A stretch of DNA of 64,000 nucleotides, taken from Podarcis pityusensis. Taxonomy: Eukaryota. Where the stretch lies: assembly GCA_964106645.2 (NCBI GenBank), contig OZ067049.1, one strand, 5' to 3'. The number at the start of each line of letters is the position of its first letter. Positions within the stretch are counted from its first letter, which is position 1. The position numbers and the translations under genes are program-made. Below the pieces are notes generated by a model. It saw only the letters and a program-made list of their open reading frames with translations, had not been told where the DNA came from and ran no database searches. Below, piece by piece: positions 60,910 through 64,000 of this stretch.

Positions 60910-63289
60910 GACTTTCCAGGCATTGTTGTACTACAACGCCCATCATCTCTGACCATTGGCCCTGCTGGCTGGAGTTGGAGTCCAGCAACATCTGGAGAGC
61001 CACAGCTTCCTCGCCCATGGAATAAGACCATCTTCTGCCAGTTGGTTGGGTTGCTTGGGCTTGACAGGGAAGATGGCACCAACACAGAATTTAAGACTCA
61101 GAATCATACTTCAGTTTAGTGTCATACATGCTGGTCTTTAATTTTTGTTAGACTCTGACCTCTTAGTGATGGGGTTTTTTTTAGTGCTGATGAGGAAATG
61201 CTAGGGATTCTGCTACACCTTGAGTAAATGCCTGCTAATTTCAGGGCAGCAAAAGTACATCATTATTACATAGTCATCAAAAATAAAGAGGACTATAGAT
61301 AATGATAAAAAGTTGCTGGCAGGGGAGAAGTAAAAGGTCATCTCCCAAAGATTTGGAGAGATGGAGCTCCTAGAGAAACATGGCATCCATTGTCCATTTT
61401 CACAGGATCCTTAATCCTCAGTTATCTTTTTCCTAAACTAGCCAACACACATTCAAATGTTATCATATTTAAAGTGAGCTTACACACCAAGTGATTGCTG
61501 AAAGAACCGCCACAGACCAGACACAACAGCTTTCATATCATACCCCACAAAACCTTAAGTATGGGGCTCAATAGAATCAGCTGATAGACATCAAGTGACA
61601 GTTGACTGAGGGATGAGAAATCAAGCAATGTGCATGTATGGATCCGGCTTCATCCTGACCAAAAGCCACCTGGGTTGATTAGAAATGGTTGGGCAGCACA
61701 ACTGAGCAGAAATAGATTGTTGTTAGGTCTTGCTCTGAACCACTAACAACACCTTGTGATGTCTGAAGGCTTAAAGAAGATGTTTTGAGTTAATTTGAAG
61801 TAATTCAGTAAGCAAGGGACATTCTACCTATTCCTGTCTCAACATCCACTTTTAAAATTTGGTGGATGATCAAAACTGAGTCACACATGGAATTTGATAC
61901 TAGCTGCAGCATTCAACTTTCTGAGAATCTTGAATTTTAAGAAATTCTCTGTCTGGTCTGGTTTGTTTGTTTGTTTGTTTGTTTGTTTGTTTGTTTGTTT
62001 ATATCCCACCATTTCTCCCAAAGGACCACAGTCTACACTGACAGACAGGCAGGTTTTCAATATAACCTCAGCAGTTAGTGGGTGCCTAAGGGTTTGACAC
62101 ATTACCAGTGGCTGGAGGAAGAAAGTCTTTGTTGCTGTGCCCCTCTCCATAAAAGAATTAGCAAGTGTGACTTGCCACGAAGTGCTGCAGTGTGCTGTGT
62201 GTCAGGGCTGGCCCCCATCACCAGGCAGAGTGAGCTGGTTGCCTGAAAAGCGGAAAGCAGTGGCAAGATGTTGGAAAACAGAGCTGCGCATCCTGCACAG
62301 CTTGCCGAGTTGCCCCTCACCTGTCCTGCTCAGGTGCTGTTAGAAGGTGCTGTTCCATTGTCAGTGCTGAATAAGCTTCAGTCGCCAATACGTTTGCCTT
62401 TGGTACATGGAAAGGGAAGGGATGCTATTGTCTCATTTGCCTCGGGTAGCAAAACACCATGTGGATGAGCCCTGTGCTCACAGTTCTGGTCAGCCAGCCA
62501 TACCATTTCCCCTTGCTATTCCATTCCATTCCCTCCCCTCTCCAAGATTTGTTTGTTTTTCTGTTTGTTTTTCTCCCAGATCAGTCAGCATACCAAGATG
62601 CTAATACTCAATCCACACTGGACTACTTTTGGAGTTTCTCATCATCTTGGGGTTCCCCAGAGCCTGCTGTTACCTCCCTCTTGTGCACGGGTGGTACTAT
62701 TTTGGCCACATGAACAGTGGCACTCTCCTCTGAACTTTGGGAATAGAGGGAGTCGTGCTAAAATAAGCAAATTGTTTTTAATAAATTTAAAAATAGCGAC
62801 ATTGGGATCATGGCGGCACAGAATGCTGTGCTGGTGTTGATTTTATTTATTTCTTTTTTAAAGTGTTTAATACATGCCTAACCACTGCATATGAGAAGTA
62901 ATGCAAATCTAAATTGTGGGTTGAGTGCCGCATGTGAGTCACACCCTCGTTCCAGCACTTGCTTTGAATTGATTGATTTGGGGAACATCTGGATTAGTTA
63001 TGAAAAAAGCTCCTCTGTGCATGTCTAGAGTGCCTCTCCCAAAACCCTGAGCAGCAATATATTTTGGTTTCAGGCTAGAAAACACGCTCCGTCCAGCACG
63101 CTCCTACTTTTTAAAAACCAAAGACCCAGCAGAGGTGGTTTTGTGTCTATTTGGTGTGCAGTGGTGAGCCTTGTTGCATGTGAGCTCACACAGAAGAACA
63201 TAGGAAGCTGCCTAGACTAGAGCATTTCAAGGGGGGCGGGACTGTGCTTCAGTGTTTCCACTCCTATCTCCAGAGCCATTTCCAGAAAG

Positions 63290-64000
63290 TAGTCATGGGA
63301 GACTTTGAATCAGTGCCATGGGAGTTGTTATGTAGTCTCCCCCATGCTGTTTAACATCTATATGAAGCCTTTGGAAGCTGCCATCAGGACATCTGGAGTG
63401 CATTGCCATCAATATACAGGTGACACCCAGCATTATCTCTCTGCTCCAACTGAATGAAGAGAGGCAGTCGAGGTGTTAGACCAATGCTTGCAGGCAGTAA
63501 TAGGTCAGATATGGGTCAATAAACTGAAGCTGAATCCTGAAAAGACAGAGGTGTTATGTGTTATGAGTTCTGAGTCCTTACATCTGGGAGGTGGCCAGCC
63601 CTGGAAGGGGCAAGTTTGCAGTTTGGGTTTTTTTTCTGGATTCAACAGTGTCACTGAAGCCTCAGGTGGCCTCAGTGCCTTTTTCCAGCTCTGGTTGGTT
63701 CGCCAGCTACAGCCCCCTTTGGATAGAAATGACTAGACCGCTGGACTCCATGGTTTGGTAACTTCCAAACTGGATCATTGTAATGTGCTCTATGGGGGGC
63801 TGCTCTTGAAAGATGACTTGGAAACTTCAATGGGTCCAAAATTCAGCAGCTGGATTACTGGCTGGCATATCCTTCAGATTTCATATAACCCTATTTTAAA
63901 AACAGTTGCTCTGGTTGCCAGTTCGTTTTCAGGCCCAGTTCAAGGAGTCCACATCAACTGAGACGACTCAGGTCTCAAATGCCTGAAAAATGGCCTCCTT
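63290..64000 (+). mobile_element. L2 LINE reverse transcriptase remnant
   Basis: SPMLFNIYMKPL...HQYTGDTQ (degenerate YADD), NKLKLNPEKTEVL, VTSKLDHCNVLYGGL. Confidence 0.88.

Noticed and set aside
62540-62700. TAC1 exon 3 after the strong-looking acceptor TTTTCTCCCAG
   Set aside because: No frame gives a tachykinin FxGLM-GKR motif.

Overview
Vertebrate nuclear DNA from a squamate reptile; the SINE complement (Sauria/POM-type, Squam2- and Squam3-like) suggests a lacertid lizard, which is an inference. About 56 kb is repeat-rich non-coding DNA upstream of the only gene I can support, TAC1 (preprotachykinin-1, + strand). TAC1 shows a TATA promoter near 56.86 kb, a probable short non-coding exon 1, and a 123-nt coding exon at 57304-57426 ([41 protein letters not shown]) that the ORF track missed. 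I could not find the substance P exon before the window ends. The rest is L1, L2, CR1 and BovB fragments, SINEs, solo LTRs, Tc1/mariner- and hAT-type MITEs (many with readable target-site duplications, TSDs), microsatellites and a 140-N gap. The most notable observations are (1) a minimal hammerhead ribozyme in a palindromic Penelope-like fragment nested in a solo LTR, (2) a 5'-inverted, twin-priming-like Sauria SINE, (3) the TAC1 promoter and 5' exon architecture, and (4) transposon-borne transcription-factor motif arrays. I see no evidence for a wholly new multi-gene system. Family names come from recognition by eye, not from database searches.
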